This document shows, in pieces, positions 1 through 13,977 of a stretch of 64,000 nt of DNA. Position 1 is the first letter of the stretch. Every line of letters begins with the position of its first letter. The position numbers were made by a program, and so were the translations under genes. This stretch comes from Octopus sinensis. Lineage: Eukaryota. Where the stretch lies: contig NC_042997.1 of NCBI RefSeq assembly GCF_006345805.1, positions 133,114,001-133,178,000 of the forward strand. The letters run 5' to 3'. Below the pieces are notes generated by a model. It was not told the origin of the DNA, did not search any database, and worked only from the letters and a program-made list of their open reading frames with translations.

Positions 1-495
1 CTACGTTAATGTTACATGTATCTGTGGAGTACTCAGCCACTTGCACGTTAATTTCTCGAACAGGCAGTTCCATTAATCGGATCAACTGGAAACCCGCCGT
101 CGTAACCGACGAAGTACTAAATTGTTATTGTTGCTGCTGTTTAAAGAATATGATATAAAGGTAGATGTCAGTAATGGCAGCAATGTAGAATTAACAGCGT
201 TCTCCAGATTTACTTCCAGCAAAATTCCACCCGCCTCAAACTAAATTACCTTCGATTTTCTGTAGAAGCCATCATTCAAATCTTCCTGAAATTATGCCCC
301 GCCATCCTTCATAAAACATCGAGAAGATATGAAGTAATTCTTTGTCGCGAACGGTAGATGTTGAAGCAGATAAAACTAAAAATAATTGCTTCCAAAAATA
401 TTAGGTCTAAAACCCTGTGAAGATATATTATGCAATATCGTCCATATACATTGCGCCTGATTTGAACACGACATGCTGACTTTAGGCTAAAAAGC

Positions 496-506
496 TACTA
501 CTACTA

Positions 507-558
<52 letters not shown>

Positions 559-560
559 TG
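496..560. repeat. Compound (CTA)n(CTG)n microsatellite
   Basis: Direct reading. Confidence 0.95.
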
Positions 561-569
561 AAACAATAA

Positions 570-790
570 TATAATCCTTTTTACTATAGGCACAAGACCT
601 GAACTTTTGAGGATGATGGTTAGTCGATGATAACAGCCCGAGTACTCAACTGGTAATTATTTTATCGACCCAGAAAGGATGAAATGCAAAGTCGACCTCG
701 GCGGAATATGAATTCAGGGCGTAAAGACGTTCGAAATATCGCAAGGCATTTTACCCGGTGCGCTAATGACTTTGCCAGCTCGTCACCTCA
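570..790 (-). mobile_element. SINE family C copy (GGCGAGCTGGCAGAATCGTTAGC...GAGGTCGACTTTGCCTTTCATCCTTTCGGGGTCGAT type)
   Basis: Reverse-complement match to + strand copies at 4548-4920 and 62603-62840; adjoins (TAA)n at 791-836. Confidence 0.75.
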
Positions 791-1152
791 ATAATAATAA
801 TAATAATAATAATAATATAATAATAATAATAATAATTGATAAAGGGCAAATACCCTGAAACATGTCTGCAGCTGTCTGACTGGCAGGATGAAGCGGCTGA
901 CCTCCCCTGTTCGAAGGTTTATAATGGACGCAGGTTGTGTGTCAAATAGCTAGCTTGAGGCGGTGGCCTCTTGGAGCTAATCAGCGACAGCTTTAGTCTT
1001 ATATTTATAAGACTGCCATATAAGTATGGCGATAACTACGTATATATATATATATAACGGGAAGCTTATGAAAATAGACAAAAGACGAAGGCAGGTGGAA
1101 AACAAACGAACAATTGTATATAGTATGGCGCTCAGGAAAATAAATAAAACAA

Positions 1153-1190
1153 GTCTTTACGTTTCGAGCCTACGCTCTTCAACAGAAAGA
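1153..1190 (-). ncRNA. Degenerate minimal hammerhead ribozyme motif in PLE pseudo-LTR
   Basis: Minus strand TCTTT-CTGTTGA-A-GAGC-GTAG-GCTC-GAAAC-GT-AAAGA; stem II intact, core A6 replaced by U. Confidence 0.55.
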
Positions 1191-1424
1191 TACACAGAGA
1201 GAAAAAAACACAGAAAAAAGGAGAGAAAAAAAAATGCGTGCAGTAGCTAACGAATCAACATGGCGATCTGATTTCGGCCAGAGGTCAAAGATCAAACATG
1301 AGACGCGAGAGCGAAATAAGGGGAGATAATAGGGTTGATAATAGGGTTGAAGGACCAGCTAATAGTGCGTATGAGGGGTCTGGACGTGTGTATGTATAGG
1401 GTTGGTGTATGTATTAGTATGTAT

Positions 1425-1459
<35 letters not shown>

Positions 1460-1624
1460 AGAGAGTATTAGTGCGTAGGATTGGTCTGGACGTGTGTATG
1501 TATAGGGTTGGTGTATGTATTAGTATGTATTAGTATGTATTAGTACGTATTAGTATGTATTAGTTGGTGTATGTATTAGTATGGCACATCATATATGATG
1601 TGATGTGTAAAGTCGTGTGGTGTA

Positions 1625-1930
1625 GTGAGAAGAGGGGGAGGGGGAGAAGATGGGGGAAGAGGAGAGAATGGGGGAGAGAGAGGAGGGGGAGAAGGAAGGG
1701 GAGGAGGGGGAGGGGGGAGGACAGGGGAGGAGGAGGAAAGAGGGAGAGGGGGAGAGAGGGGAGTGAGGGAGTGAGGAGCAGAGGGAAGGGGAAGAGGGAA
1801 GGAGGGAGGGAGAAAGAGGGAAGAAGGGAAGGGAGTAGGGGTGAAAGGATGAAGACTGAAGAAGTAGGGGTCGGGGGGAAAGGAGAGGTGAGGAGGGGGG
1901 AGAGGGGGGGTTAGATGAGGAGGGGGGAGA
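1625..1930. repeat. G/A-rich low-complexity polypurine tract
   Basis: About 300 nt of almost only G and A on the + strand. Confidence 0.9.
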
Positions 1931-2267
1931 GTTGAGACCAAATGGCGTATAAGAGCGAAGAGAGAAGATTAATTCCAGTTCACGGCGCAACGGGAATCCG
2001 GATGGCCTCTGTGTAAGGACAAACCGAACACAGATAGGTGTTGCAGGAGTGACCGGTGGAGCGGAAATGGCGTGAGACCGGTGTGTCGTTCGCAAGTGGA
2101 TGTCACGAGGTGTTCCGCGAACCGGTCAGCCAAGCGGCGTCCCGTTTGTCCGATGTACAAGGAATTGCAGAGAGAGCAAGAGATGCAATAGATAATATTG
2201 CTGGAGGTGCAGGTGAAGGAGTGGATGATGGGATAGGGTCGATGATGGGTGCTAGTGAGGCGGGTGA

Positions 2268-2556
2268 TATATATATATGTATGTATGTATGTATGTTGTA
2301 TGTATGTATGTATGTATGTATATATATATGTTTGTGTCTGTGTTTGTCTCACCAACATCGCTTGACAACTGACGCTGGTGTGTTTACGTCCCCATAACTT
2401 AGCGGTTCGGCAAAAGAGACCGATAGAATAAATACTAGGCAATAAGTACTAGGCTTACAAAGAATAAGTCCTCTGATTAATTTACTTGACTAAAGGTGGT
2501 GCTCCAGCATGGCCGCAGTCAAATGACTGAAACAAGTAAAAGAGTAAAAGAGTAAA
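2268..2556 (+). mobile_element. SINE family A, 3' half
   Basis: AACATCGCTTGACAAC...CAGCATGGCCGCAGTCAAATGACTGAAACAAGTAAAAGAG tail shared with full copies. Confidence 0.85.
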
Positions 2557-2939
2557 GGAGAACATTTATATTTAAAGAACGTGAGAATTTTAGAAAAAAC
2601 ATGGCTGCTATTCCAAACAGATAATGTGGCGGCGTAAAGACCCTCACGTCGTTGTCAATATTGCTGCTAATCCTGTTGCCATTATAATACTAGTGACTAT
2701 TTTTTTAATTTCCCCGGAAGGAAAACTTTTATACCATGACTGTTATAGAAATAATTGCATACCGTAACATAGATGAAATCAATGTCTTCTGTCATGAACG
2801 ACGAAATGAAATAACTAATAACAAAAATTGTTCCTCGGTGAAAAGATATAAAATTAAGTCCTACTTCTCTTATCTGACATTATAGTAATAGATTAAATAG
2901 GACACAATTGCTCACGTCACATATACAAACATGAATGTG

Positions 2940-2951
2940 TGTGTAGATATA

Positions 2952-3027
<76 letters not shown>

Positions 3028-3295
3028 TGTGTGAGTATAAGATATTGAGCACATACACACACACGCGCGTGTATATACACACACGCATACACGAACACAT
3101 GCACATATTTATATGCATAAGTAAATGCATATATGTGTGTAGATGCACATGCATGTATATACACGTATAAATATATTTATGTACGTACATATGTATGTAT
3201 GTATGTATGTATATATACATATATATATATAAATATAGATAGATAAATATAGAGAAATATATATGCATATATATGTATGTATATATACACACATA

Positions 3296-3334
<39 letters not shown>

Positions 3335-3359
3335 GCACACATATGTGTATATATATATG

Positions 3360-3390
<31 letters not shown>

Positions 3391-3452
3391 TATTATATAT
3401 ATATATATTATATATATAGAGAAGAGAGAGAGAGGAGAGAGAGAGAGAGAGA
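2940..3452. repeat. (TA)n/(TG)n/(GA)n microsatellite field
   Basis: Direct reading. Confidence 0.95.
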
Positions 3453-4187
3453 AAACATGGTATTTAATGCTTTATAAAAGCCTCATAGGTATTATATATG
3501 CACACACACAGTTCAGACACATCCATGCGCAAACACTCACACACACACTCACACACACACAAATACACACACAGAAATTTCTATTGATAATATTCAAACC
3601 ACACATATGCTAAACACAAAGTGAATAAATAATAAATGGAAAAGAATATATACATATATATATATATATATAACATACATAACACCTTAACTTGAACTTT
3701 TATCGACCTGTGACTATTGAATCTATTTATAGATCGCTTAAGCAATTTCCCAGATATTAACTGTTAACGTGAGGAGAGTAATTATCTACCATCTGCCACT
3801 CAGACTATCTCTTCTCTTTCTATTTCTCTGTATCTCTCTATATCTCTGTATTCCTCACGCTATTCTATTAGCACTGCACCCACTCAATCCTCCCCCCTCC
3901 CCTTGACTCTTCCTCTCTCTGAATCTCTTTCTCTCTCTCTCCTGGCATTATATTTTGTCTGTTCTCGGCTGCTTATAACATGGTTCATGCGATTTTTTGT
4001 TTGACGCTAATAGCTACGTTGTTTGATATATAGTCCTGTTATATATAGTAGGTTGGCGGGGTATGTAGAAGACCCTCACTCTTCTTGTTTGTTTGTTTGT
4101 TTGTGTTTGTGTGTGCATTGTGTGTGTGTGTGTGTGTGTGAGCGAGAGAGAGAGAGAGAGTGTGTGTGTGGTGTGTGTGTTGTGTGT

Positions 4188-4254
<67 letters not shown>

Positions 4255-4547
4255 TATGTGTGATAGACATCACATCACCTGGTTTTATTACTGCCATCTC
4301 TCGCTTGGCCCATGGATACATTCCGTGTAGTTCATTCAGTTACAAGTGTTCAGACCGCGCTAACAGAACCAGGCTATTGATTGTGGTAGCAGAGAACACC
4401 AAAACCCTTTATTCTGACACAAGATATCCACAAAAATACCTCGAAACCCGCTGGAAACTCTGTTTCATACTTCTCATTTCCAAAGAGAGGATGGAATGAG
4501 TATAATTTAAAATCATACCTTCATCATATATTTATTATTACTTTATA

Positions 4548-4920
4548 AAGAAGGCCGTGGGCTGGCAGAATCGTTAGCAGTATTTCATCTGCCGCTACTT
4601 TCTGAGTTCAAATTTCGCCGAGGTCGACTTAGCCTTTCATCCTATCGGGGTCGATTAAATAAGTACTAGTTACGCACTGAGATCGATATAATCGACTTAA
4701 ACCGTTCGTTTGTCCTCTTTGTGTTTAGCCCCTCGTGAGTAGTAAAGAAATAGATATTTCGTCCGTCTTTACGATCTGAGTTCAAATTCTGCCGAGGTCA
4801 ACTTTGCCTTTCATCCTTTCGGAATCGATAGATTAAATACCAGTTGCGTACTGGGGTCAATCTAATCGACTGGCCCCCTCCCCTAGAATTTCTAGCCTTG
4901 TGCCTAGAGTAGAATAGATT
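4548..4920 (+). mobile_element. SINE family C, with internally duplicated module
   Basis: TCTGAGTTCAAAT..GCCGAGGTC.ACTT.GCCTTTCATCCT module occurs twice (about 4600 and 4775). Confidence 0.75.
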
Positions 4921-5699
4921 ATTACTTTATAAAAACATAACAGACGCGACGGTCATTTAGAACCAAAGACGAAGGGGAAAAAAAAAGAACAAAGCTCATT
5001 TTTCAATATCCTGTGAGTGAGCTGTTTTTCTTTGTTTTTTTTTTTGTTTGTTTGTTTTTTTTACGTGAGATTCTTGTGTATGGTGATGAATGTTGATATC
5101 CTGAAACAGTTATCCTGAAGATGCTTGACAATCAGGATGTCAAAACAGAATCAATTGAAATTATTCGTATGACAGAAGAACTTCGTTTGCAGTCATGCTT
5201 CGTCGCTCACGACTACCAGCTTTCATTGCCTTTTCGTTTCAATAGCGTCTTGTCTCTTAGATTGTCTACTAGGCATCAGTTTGCTGCTTTCTGGACGGCT
5301 CACCAGTTCGAGTTTACTTAATACCACTGATTTTTGTTTGCCAATAACAAACTTGACTGGATAGGTTTGTGTTGACTCCATCACATCTGCGAGTTGTTTT
5401 GACCAGTTACCAAGAATGTCTTCTTGTTTACAAGGAAAAAAAACTATTGATCAGATTTTGGCTAGCGTCATTCAAAGAATCGAAAAAAAAACAAATAATA
5501 AAAGAATCCAGATTCAACTTGACACAGAAATCTGCTACATAAAATATCCATTTTTTCTTATACAACCTAGGTCTTACATATCCGTCGTTACTAACAAGCA
5601 AACAACATCTGCTCATTTGCGTAACACAATTGCGTAACTTCACTCTAAGAGACGACGTCTGCACATATATAAATTCTACTCTTCCTGAAACTCATCTCC

Positions 5700-6760
5700 C
5701 TCGCCTAGATATCAATTACTGCGGCTTCCAATAACAACGTCAAACTCTATCTCCCCCACTCATTTAAATATATTTCCGCCTTCTACTACTCTCCAAACTC
5801 CCACTAGCTTCAACATCTCTTCGATCCGCTTTCTTTTTTCACTCACCTGCTTTCCTTTGGTGAAAACAGTGTTGTTGCACTTGACATTGCTTGTGTCTAG
5901 TACACGAATTCCCTCACCAGAGAGGTATTCTTTTCTCATCTCTTGGAATGGGTACTTCCTCGCACATCACACTATCATAGATTATACTGATGAAGCCCCC
6001 TCCTCTCTCTCTTTCTGAAATGCAATTTATTAAATTTCATACGTCCCAAATTTCATAGTTTTCCATACAATATTTATCCTGTACAAATTTACCGGATTCA
6101 CCAACTCTTCATTCTTCCTTCATTTTCCGTATCTTGATGGTTGTATCAACGATGTGTAGCTTAGGCACATCACGGCCGGTTTGCACTGACGCTCTGAACA
6201 GAGACTTTCGTAATATACACTTCATTGACGCCATGCTAATCATTTCTCATGTAGCACAACCACACAATCTCTGCATATGTCTAGAAATCCCTATCGTATT
6301 TCTCGCTCTGCCCATAAACAAGAGCCGACTTGTTTATGGGCCGTTAATAATTAGAAAGTCATACCATCAACAATAGTCTTACCTAGCGAATGTGCATTCT
6401 CACTATAGCAAAATCTGCGTCATAGAATTTCCCCTTTCTCCTCATAGTCCTCAGGTACTTCAGTCCTCTACAAAGTATAGTTGAGACTTACACAGATGTA
6501 CTACTCCAAAATTTGGGACAGCGTTATTCTACACCCACAGATATCCTATTCCTCATCCGAACAGGGAGGTTTCGAGACAACTTCGTTCAAACAGCCTCAG
6601 CTCACCCTACACTTTTCTATTATCATTATCATAAACCCTCGAGATCTCAGCGCCTAATCCAAAGTCTTATAACACCGGCCCTTTGGAATTATCTTCCGAC
6701 ATGTAATCTTTCTGCAGGTGCGACTATTCAAGAAGAAACATTAAGTATGTAGATCTCAAT
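5700..6760 (+). mobile_element. Highly decayed LINE (RT C-terminal region, CR1/Jockey-like)
   Basis: Residual translations LYKV*LRLTQMYYSKIW (about 6467-6517, resembling LYKAQVRPxLEYCSHIW) and PALWNYLP (resembling RLWNSLP). The 5' boundary is uncertain. Confidence 0.5.
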
Positions 6761-7898
6761 GATCTTGAAGGATCTGAAAAGGCCATTAAACAAAGCTACA
6801 TCCTCCAGACCAAACTCCGAAAGAGAACAAAAGGAAACGAGCTTACATTATAGCAAAAATATTACGAGTCATCCTGAGATTGTTTCAAAACATATTGAGG
6901 TAGTAATAATATTATCTAATAATTTTACACCAATAGTGATTTCTACTATAAGCATACAAGTCAATTACTTTCGAAGAGGAATATGACCGATTTAATTAAA
7001 CCCAGTTCTTGACGAATATTACTTTGTCTGCTGCTCTACTGATTCTCTCTTTTCCAGTGTCTCTTAAAATAATCATTTCATATAATGGTGTGTGGTTTCA
7101 ATTATTGTGGTAGAAAACATTCCTGGATGTCTTTCCAGACATATTGTTCACCTGACTGCATTATTCAGTGTGTCGTTTCTTTTCAAGACGGCAGTGTGTA
7201 GTTTGAAGAAAATTTGGTTGTTATTACAATAAGCCCGAAAGATCACGTGGAGTCTTCCATGGTGGATCAAATTTCAGGAGTTTTCAAGTTGTATAGAAGG
7301 AACCGTGAAAATAGCATCTGCTGTTTTTTTTTCTTTTAAAAAACCGATCCATTGAACAAGACAGTGACTGTTCGAACCTAGTTGTGCAAATAAACGAACT
7401 GTCGATTCTTTATATACCAGTCAGCAATGTATGAATCTGAAAGAGGTTCTGGGGAGAAATCTAGTGGTTAGTGTGCTCGGCTCGAGATCGTAAAGTTGTA
7501 GGTTCAATTTATAGACTGGAATTTAATGGCGATGGATTGTGTCCTTAAATAAAGCACTTTTCTTTCGCATTGATTCAGTCTGCTACACAGCTGTAATGAG
7601 TTAAAGAGCACTAGACTAGTGCTGGTTCAGGTCTGCCCATGTCACCATCTATCATGCCCACAATGTTCCGCTGAGAGTGTATTTACGTCTGCCCGGGACA
7701 TCATCATCACGAACAACACCTGGATATTACCGTCTCGAATCCTAGGACACAGAGGGTAAGTTTCCATAGCGTTTATGTGACAAAATCACAACACCCTCCT
7801 CCACGAAACTCCAGTCCGTCACAGGGTTACTCATATTTTTCAGCTGAGTGGATTGGAGTAACATGAAATATAGTATTTAGTTCCAGATCACAACGTTC

Positions 7899-8231
7899 GG
7901 ATCTTTACCTTTTGACCTACAGATTTTAAAAACTAATATTTTGTAACTAAACACTTTCAAACTTCGGACACTGGTAGAATGTGTCATATAAAACATATTT
8001 TACTCTAAGCATTTTTGAGAAAAGCTTATATTTACGAAGTAATTTCACCTTAAAGTTCTCGTATTTCGGTAATTTCAACCAATCAATGACGTGTATTCAG
8101 CTGAATAAAATTACTGCTGTTGTTTGTCAACAAGAACTTACGACGGTGTATATTTCATTTGTCACTGTTATTTATGACAACCCTAACCCTTAAACCCTAA
8201 CCCTAATCTGTAGGACAAAAGGTAAACATCC
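7899..8231. mobile_element. Non-autonomous DNA transposon (one-armed copy) with telomere-like repeats
   Basis: TIRs GGATCTTTACCTTTTGACCTACAGAT / ATCTGTAGGACAAAAGGTAAACATCC; flanks CAACGTTC / TAACATTC are a possible decayed 8-bp TSD; (CCCTAA)-like run at 8179-8206. Confidence 0.8.
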
Positions 8232-10489
8232 TAACATTCCTCTCGTTTCAGGAATCGAAACAGCGACACCTTAGCCTATAGACCAAGCGCCTTCGGACGA
8301 CGGGGGCATCTTCGGCAGGTAGTGAAAACGTGGTTCAATGCTGCTAAGTCATATTCGCTCGTGAGTGACGGCTGGCTATACTACAGTAAATATGTGAATA
8401 GTGAGTCACTTCAGTTAAGTTTACTACGTATGAAATTGATGTGTATATTTCTTAACTTGCCGTTGGTCGAACCTTGTAAGAGATCAGTATTATAGCTGAA
8501 AGGATAAAATCTCTCTCAACGGCTTAACGCCATAAAAAATGGGATAAAACTGCTGTTCACGTTACGACGTTTCTTCGTATTGGCGATAGAGAAATAAAAG
8601 GCACGAGGGAGAATGGATGACCAGATTGAAGCCATATAGTGATAAAAGATACAGAATTGAAAAAAATAAATAAGAAATGAAAGAAAAAAATTGATGCAAA
8701 TAAGCAAAGAAAATTAGAGAGAAAAAGAAAGGGAAACGTACAAAAAAGATGTATGAAAAAGGAAAGCTATTTGGACATCCATCAAGACAGACGAACAATT
8801 GACAAACTGAGAGACAGATAGAGACAGACAGACAGCTAGGCACACACATATACACACACCTATGTGTAGATATGTATGTGGACGTGTGTGCTTCCATATA
8901 TATATATATATACACAAATACATTCACACTCACGTGTGCATATATGCTTGTTAGTATAGTGGTATAGTCTATATGTGATTATATATAGATATATGTCTAT
9001 GTGTGTATGTATGTATGTATGTATATGAAGGGGAAGAGGATAGACGTAAGCGAATGAAAGGGGAGAAATAAAAAGAAATTAGCATGATAGAACCGAGTAA
9101 AAAACCAGGCACTGACAATAAAAGAGGTTCGTTTCATGTTCGTTTCCACCCACCAACATCCACTAATATCCTGCTTGTCAAAAGCTTAATCCCTCCTATT
9201 ACTCACATCAACCTTCTCAGATGTACTTTTCACTTCAACTTCAGCAGCAGTCAAATAAATAGAGGGACAAAATAAATAGATAAATACATAGATAAGTACA
9301 TAAATTAAAGAAGAAAAAGAAAGAAGGGAGAAAATGATTTCTATGGCCCTTCCCGGCTCTCTTTAATTCCCATTCTTACACAATGTGACTACGCAACTGC
9401 CAACAACTTTGCTCTAATTCAATTCTGTAATTTATTCCAACATTACCAATCAACAGTTTCACCTCTTCCAATCGTAATAATGCAAACAAACACTGACAGC
9501 TTCTCGGCTACTATTTTCTGTTATTGAGACTCTTAAATGAATTCCCGTTCTTTGTTATTCTTGCTTTTGTCCTGTTAATAGTTATGCCTTCTCTTGTCCT
9601 GTTTCCACCAATTTGCATTTTCTTTTTCTTTAAGCTAACTGAGCGAAATTACCAAATACTATTGTAACACTAATACAACACTGAAACTAACCATGTGGTG
9701 GAATGCAAGACTATATCATTGCAATATGCAAATTGCATTTTCTTATTTTCTATTTAGCATTTTATTGTATTTTCTAGTTTTCTCAGAATCAGAGCTGCTT
9801 TTTTTTTTTCGTATTAAAAGTTATATTAATCTCTTTTAAGTTAAGCAACTTGTTTCGTATAGTTTTAAGGTGGCGTGTCTTGGAGGAAAGATAGTATTAG
9901 ACGATTTTTGACGGCGATTAACTCTTTCGAAACTGTAGTCCACTCCTCAAAACGTATTATTTTTTAACCTAGGAATTGTAGTATGTCTCCAAGATATATT
10001 TTATAGCAAGGTTTCAAGTATACAAATTTGTATTTCAGTTTAATGATTTGTTAAATCTTTTCAATTAAATATGTAAAAATATTTTTTTTTCGCCGCTGTA
10101 CTTGTGTCAAATTTCATCAGTCCAAGAGTAATTTAATGAAATCAACGTTCTTTTAAGAACTTCAGATCGCAGCTTGCAGCTATATAGAACATGCTTCTTA
10201 TATTTCAAGTGAGCAATCTAATTTTCAAGTAAAAAAAAATCTTGAATAAGAGAAAATTAGAGACGGCGAATGTTAACCTCCGTCCACCCCCATCCTATAA
10301 ACAATTAATAAATTTCATAAAATAAGAAAATAACTGTGTATTGAAGTTACATGCTGTTCCGTTCTACTATGTGAGGATAATGAAAGAGTGGATATTCATA
10401 TCTTATCAAGAGCACGAAGGATCGAATTCAACAAACACAAAGTTGTGCTATCGTTGTAGTCTTTTTCGTCCCAAACTGACTCTGAATGA

Positions 10490-10992
<503 letters not shown>

Positions 10993-11089
10993 ATTCCATT
11001 CGTAACATTCCTGTCTTTCATTCAGACATCGTGAGCTTGTTTTTTTTGTTTTGTTTTGTTTGTTTTTTTTTGCTTTTAGATACTCTCCT

Positions 11090-11296
11090 TTTTTTTACTC
11101 TTTTACTTGTTTCAGTCGTTTGACTGCGGCCATGCTGGAGCACCGCCTTTAATCGAGCAACTCGACCCCGGGACTTATTCTTTTGTAAGCCCAGTACTTA
11201 TTCTATCGGTCTCTTTTGCCGAACCGCTAGTAACGGGGACTTAAACACACCAGCATCGGTTGTCAAGCAATGCTAGGGGGAGAAACACACACACGC

Positions 11297-11331
<35 letters not shown>

Positions 11332-11490
11332 TACGACGGGCTTCTTTCAGTTTCCGTCTACCAAATCCACTCACAAGGCTTTGTTCGGCCCGAGGCTATA
11401 GTAGAAGACACTCGCCCAAGGTGCCACGCAGTGGGACTGAACCCGGAACCATGTGGTTGGTAAACAAGCTACTTACCACACAGCCACTCA
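11090..11490 (-). mobile_element. SINE family A
   Basis: Reverse complement of the 10490-10992 copy, arranged tail-to-tail with it. Confidence 0.9.
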
Positions 11491-11814
11491 GCTATTAATG
11501 ATTGCAATTTGAGGAAGTTTTGCTTGATACTTCTAGCAAGTCGAATGACCACGTACATGCACCTGAGATGGCCCGGATAAATTTTTGGTATATATAGTAG
11601 ATAGTAGAATTGTTGAAAACTGTGGGCCACATAAGAGAATACGGTCCTAAATAGACTATGTCTGGAAAAAAAAAGGATGGTTCAGAAGCGTTTCATTATA
11701 AGCGTACTGAATGAATGTTGACACAAGCTCAAAAACAATATCAAACTATATTTTTCAATAAGTACGTATGACATTTACATTCTCCCCGTAAACTAGCGCG
11801 TGTGATGGAACAGT

Positions 11815-12019
11815 CTCTTTTACTCTCTTACTTGTTTCAGTTATTTGACTGTGGCCATGCTGGAACACCGCCTTTAATCGAAGAAATCGACCCCAGGACT
11901 TATATTTTGTAAGTCTAGTACTTATTCTATCGGTCTCTTCCGCCGAACCGCTAGGTTACGAGGGCATAAACACACCAGCATCGGTTGTCAAGCGATGTTG
12001 GGGGACAAACACAGACACA

Positions 12020-12069
<50 letters not shown>

Positions 12070-12179
12070 TACATACATATGTACGACGGGCTTCTTTCAG
12101 TTTCCGTCTACCAAATCCACTCACAAGGCTTTGGTCGGCCCAAGGCTATAGTAGAAGACACTTGCCCAAGGTGCCACGT
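11815..12179 (-). mobile_element. SINE family A, 5' truncated
   Basis: Same body, internal (CA)n, head replaced by (TAA)n. Confidence 0.88.
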
Positions 12180-12713
12180 ATAATAATAACAATAATAATA
12201 ATAATAATAATTATTATTATTATTATTATTGTTGTTGTTGTTGTTGTGGAGGCACATGGCCTAATAGTTAGAGCAGAACCATTAGCAGTTACAACAAAAA
12301 GTTGAGCGGGATTAGTTCAACTGGATATAGGGATCAGCTCCAGATGTTTGATCCCTTAATCCTGAATGGATTTCACCAAAGACTATCAAATAACCAGGTC
12401 ATGGTGTTAAACAAGGCATGCTTTGTTATACTTTTATGTTTCTCCCTCCTAATTTATTTCATCTCAATCTAAAGGTGAGCTGGAAGTATCGTTAGAGATT
12501 CAACAAAATGTCTTGAGTAAATACGCGTGGAATTTTATATTCTGAGTTCAAATCTCATCCAAGTCCGTCCCCCTTTCGGCATTGATTCAATAAATTATTT
12601 GTTAAATACCGAGGAAGATAGTATCGAGTAACCACATTCTGCCAAAACGGCTGGCATTATGACTAAATTAGAAACAATTATTATTATTATTATCATTATT
12701 ATTATTATTATTA

Positions 12714-13493
12714 TTCTATGTTTGACTTTTGCTTTATATTTGTACAAGTTGGCTCCAGGTCTCACCCAGAGACCTCAAGAGACAACAGGGTTGGAAGTTC
12801 ATGTTGTTGTTATGCCTAGTGTGCCATATATTTGGGGTGGGGGTGTTGTACTAATGAATGTCTAAAAAAAAGTTTTAAAAAAAAATTTTTTTTTTTTAAA
12901 CCGAAAATTATGTTTGTTTTAAACCTTGAGATTACATAGAAAGTATTTTGCGTAGGATATGAGCAGTTCCCATGAGCACTATCTTTTGAATTTCTGCCAT
13001 TTTGGGGTTTCCTGGTATCTGAGTTAGGTAGCTATCAGCCCCTTTTGCTATCATTCCCAGGGCACCTATGACAAAAGGTATTGTTTTAGTCTTCAGCTTC
13101 CACATTTTGCTGATTTCTATTTCAAGATCTTTATATTTGCTCAGTTTTTGGTAGGTCTTGACTGATACGTTTATATCGATTGGGACAGTCATATCAATGA
13201 GGAGGCATGTTCTTTGTTTGAAGTCTTTCAATATGATGTCTGGCCTATTTGCATCTATCTTTCTGTCAGTTTGAATGGTGAAGTTCCAGAGGAGTGAGAT
13301 GTGGTCATTTTCAAGCACTGGGGGTGGTTTGTGTTCCCACCAGTTTTTTTCATGGGGCAAATCCAGGTTTTTGCAGATTACCCAGTGAATATATCGTGCC
13401 TGTTGAGATACTCTGTAGGCGCTAGAAGACTACACTTGGAGACCACATGGTCAATGGTTTCATTTTGTTGCTTGCATACACGACACGTTGGAC
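12714..13493 (-). mobile_element. 5'-truncated R4/Dong-clade LINE (CCHC knuckle plus restriction-like endonuclease) inserted in (TAA)n
   Basis: CRVCKQQNETIDHVVSKC..RHD, then after a frameshift WWEHKP..NRPDII..LIDMTVP..KLSKYKDL..IPFVIGALG..QKIVLMGTAHILRK; TTA repeats on both sides (12678-12713 and 13494-13600). Confidence 0.9.
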
Positions 13494-13600
<107 letters not shown>

Positions 13601-13612
13601 GTTGTTGTTGTT

Positions 13613-13880
13613 GTGGAGGCATATGGCTCAGTGGTTAGAGCAGCGGGCTTGCGGTCGAGGGATCGCGGGTTCGAATCTCAGACCGGGCGATGTGTGTGTT
13701 TATGAGCGAAACAATTAAGTGTTTCGGCAAAAGGTAATGGTGAACTTCTGCTGACTCTTTCGCCACAACATTGTCTCCCTCTTTCCTCCTGCATCTTGCA
13801 GCTCACCTGCGACGGGCCGACGTCCCGTGCAGGTGGGGAAACTATACGCCGGGGTATACTTGGCTCGAGAAGGAAAAAAC
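13613..13880 (+). mobile_element. SINE family B (tRNA-derived)
   Basis: Box A TGGCTCAGTGG, box B GGTTCGAATC; similar to 29090-29390 and 40273-40550. Confidence 0.85.
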
Positions 13881-13977
13881 AATTACTATCATTAACTCAG
13901 AGTTTTTTTTTAACTATTGGAGTCTTAGATACGTAGCGGGTTTCCTACTTACATCCTACGGTACCATGCTATCTGTT

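Larger units (their letters stand above)
1040..2266 (-). mobile_element. Penelope-like element 3' fragment: GIY-YIG endonuclease remnant, purine/pyrimidine tract and pseudo-LTR
   Basis: Minus ORF 1969..2442 contains FTCTSSNIIYCISCSLCNSLYIGQTGRRLADRFAEH, a PLE GIY-YIG signature; frameshifted after AEHL; hammerhead-like motif at 1153-1190. Confidence 0.85.

Noticed and set aside
1564-2095. Arg/Gly/Glu-rich and Pro/Ser-rich ORFs
   Set aside because: Products of the polypurine tract within the Penelope remnant.
2880-3613. ORFs rich in YI/IY, HT, VC or poly-L/I/Y here and throughout the window
   Set aside because: They are translations of (TA)n, (CA)n and trinucleotide microsatellites, not genes.
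7981-8193. Recurrent ORF MSYKTYFTLSIFEK (also at 15619 and 15893)
   Set aside because: Incidental frame in MITE arms, starting at GTG, with no domain similarity that I recognise.
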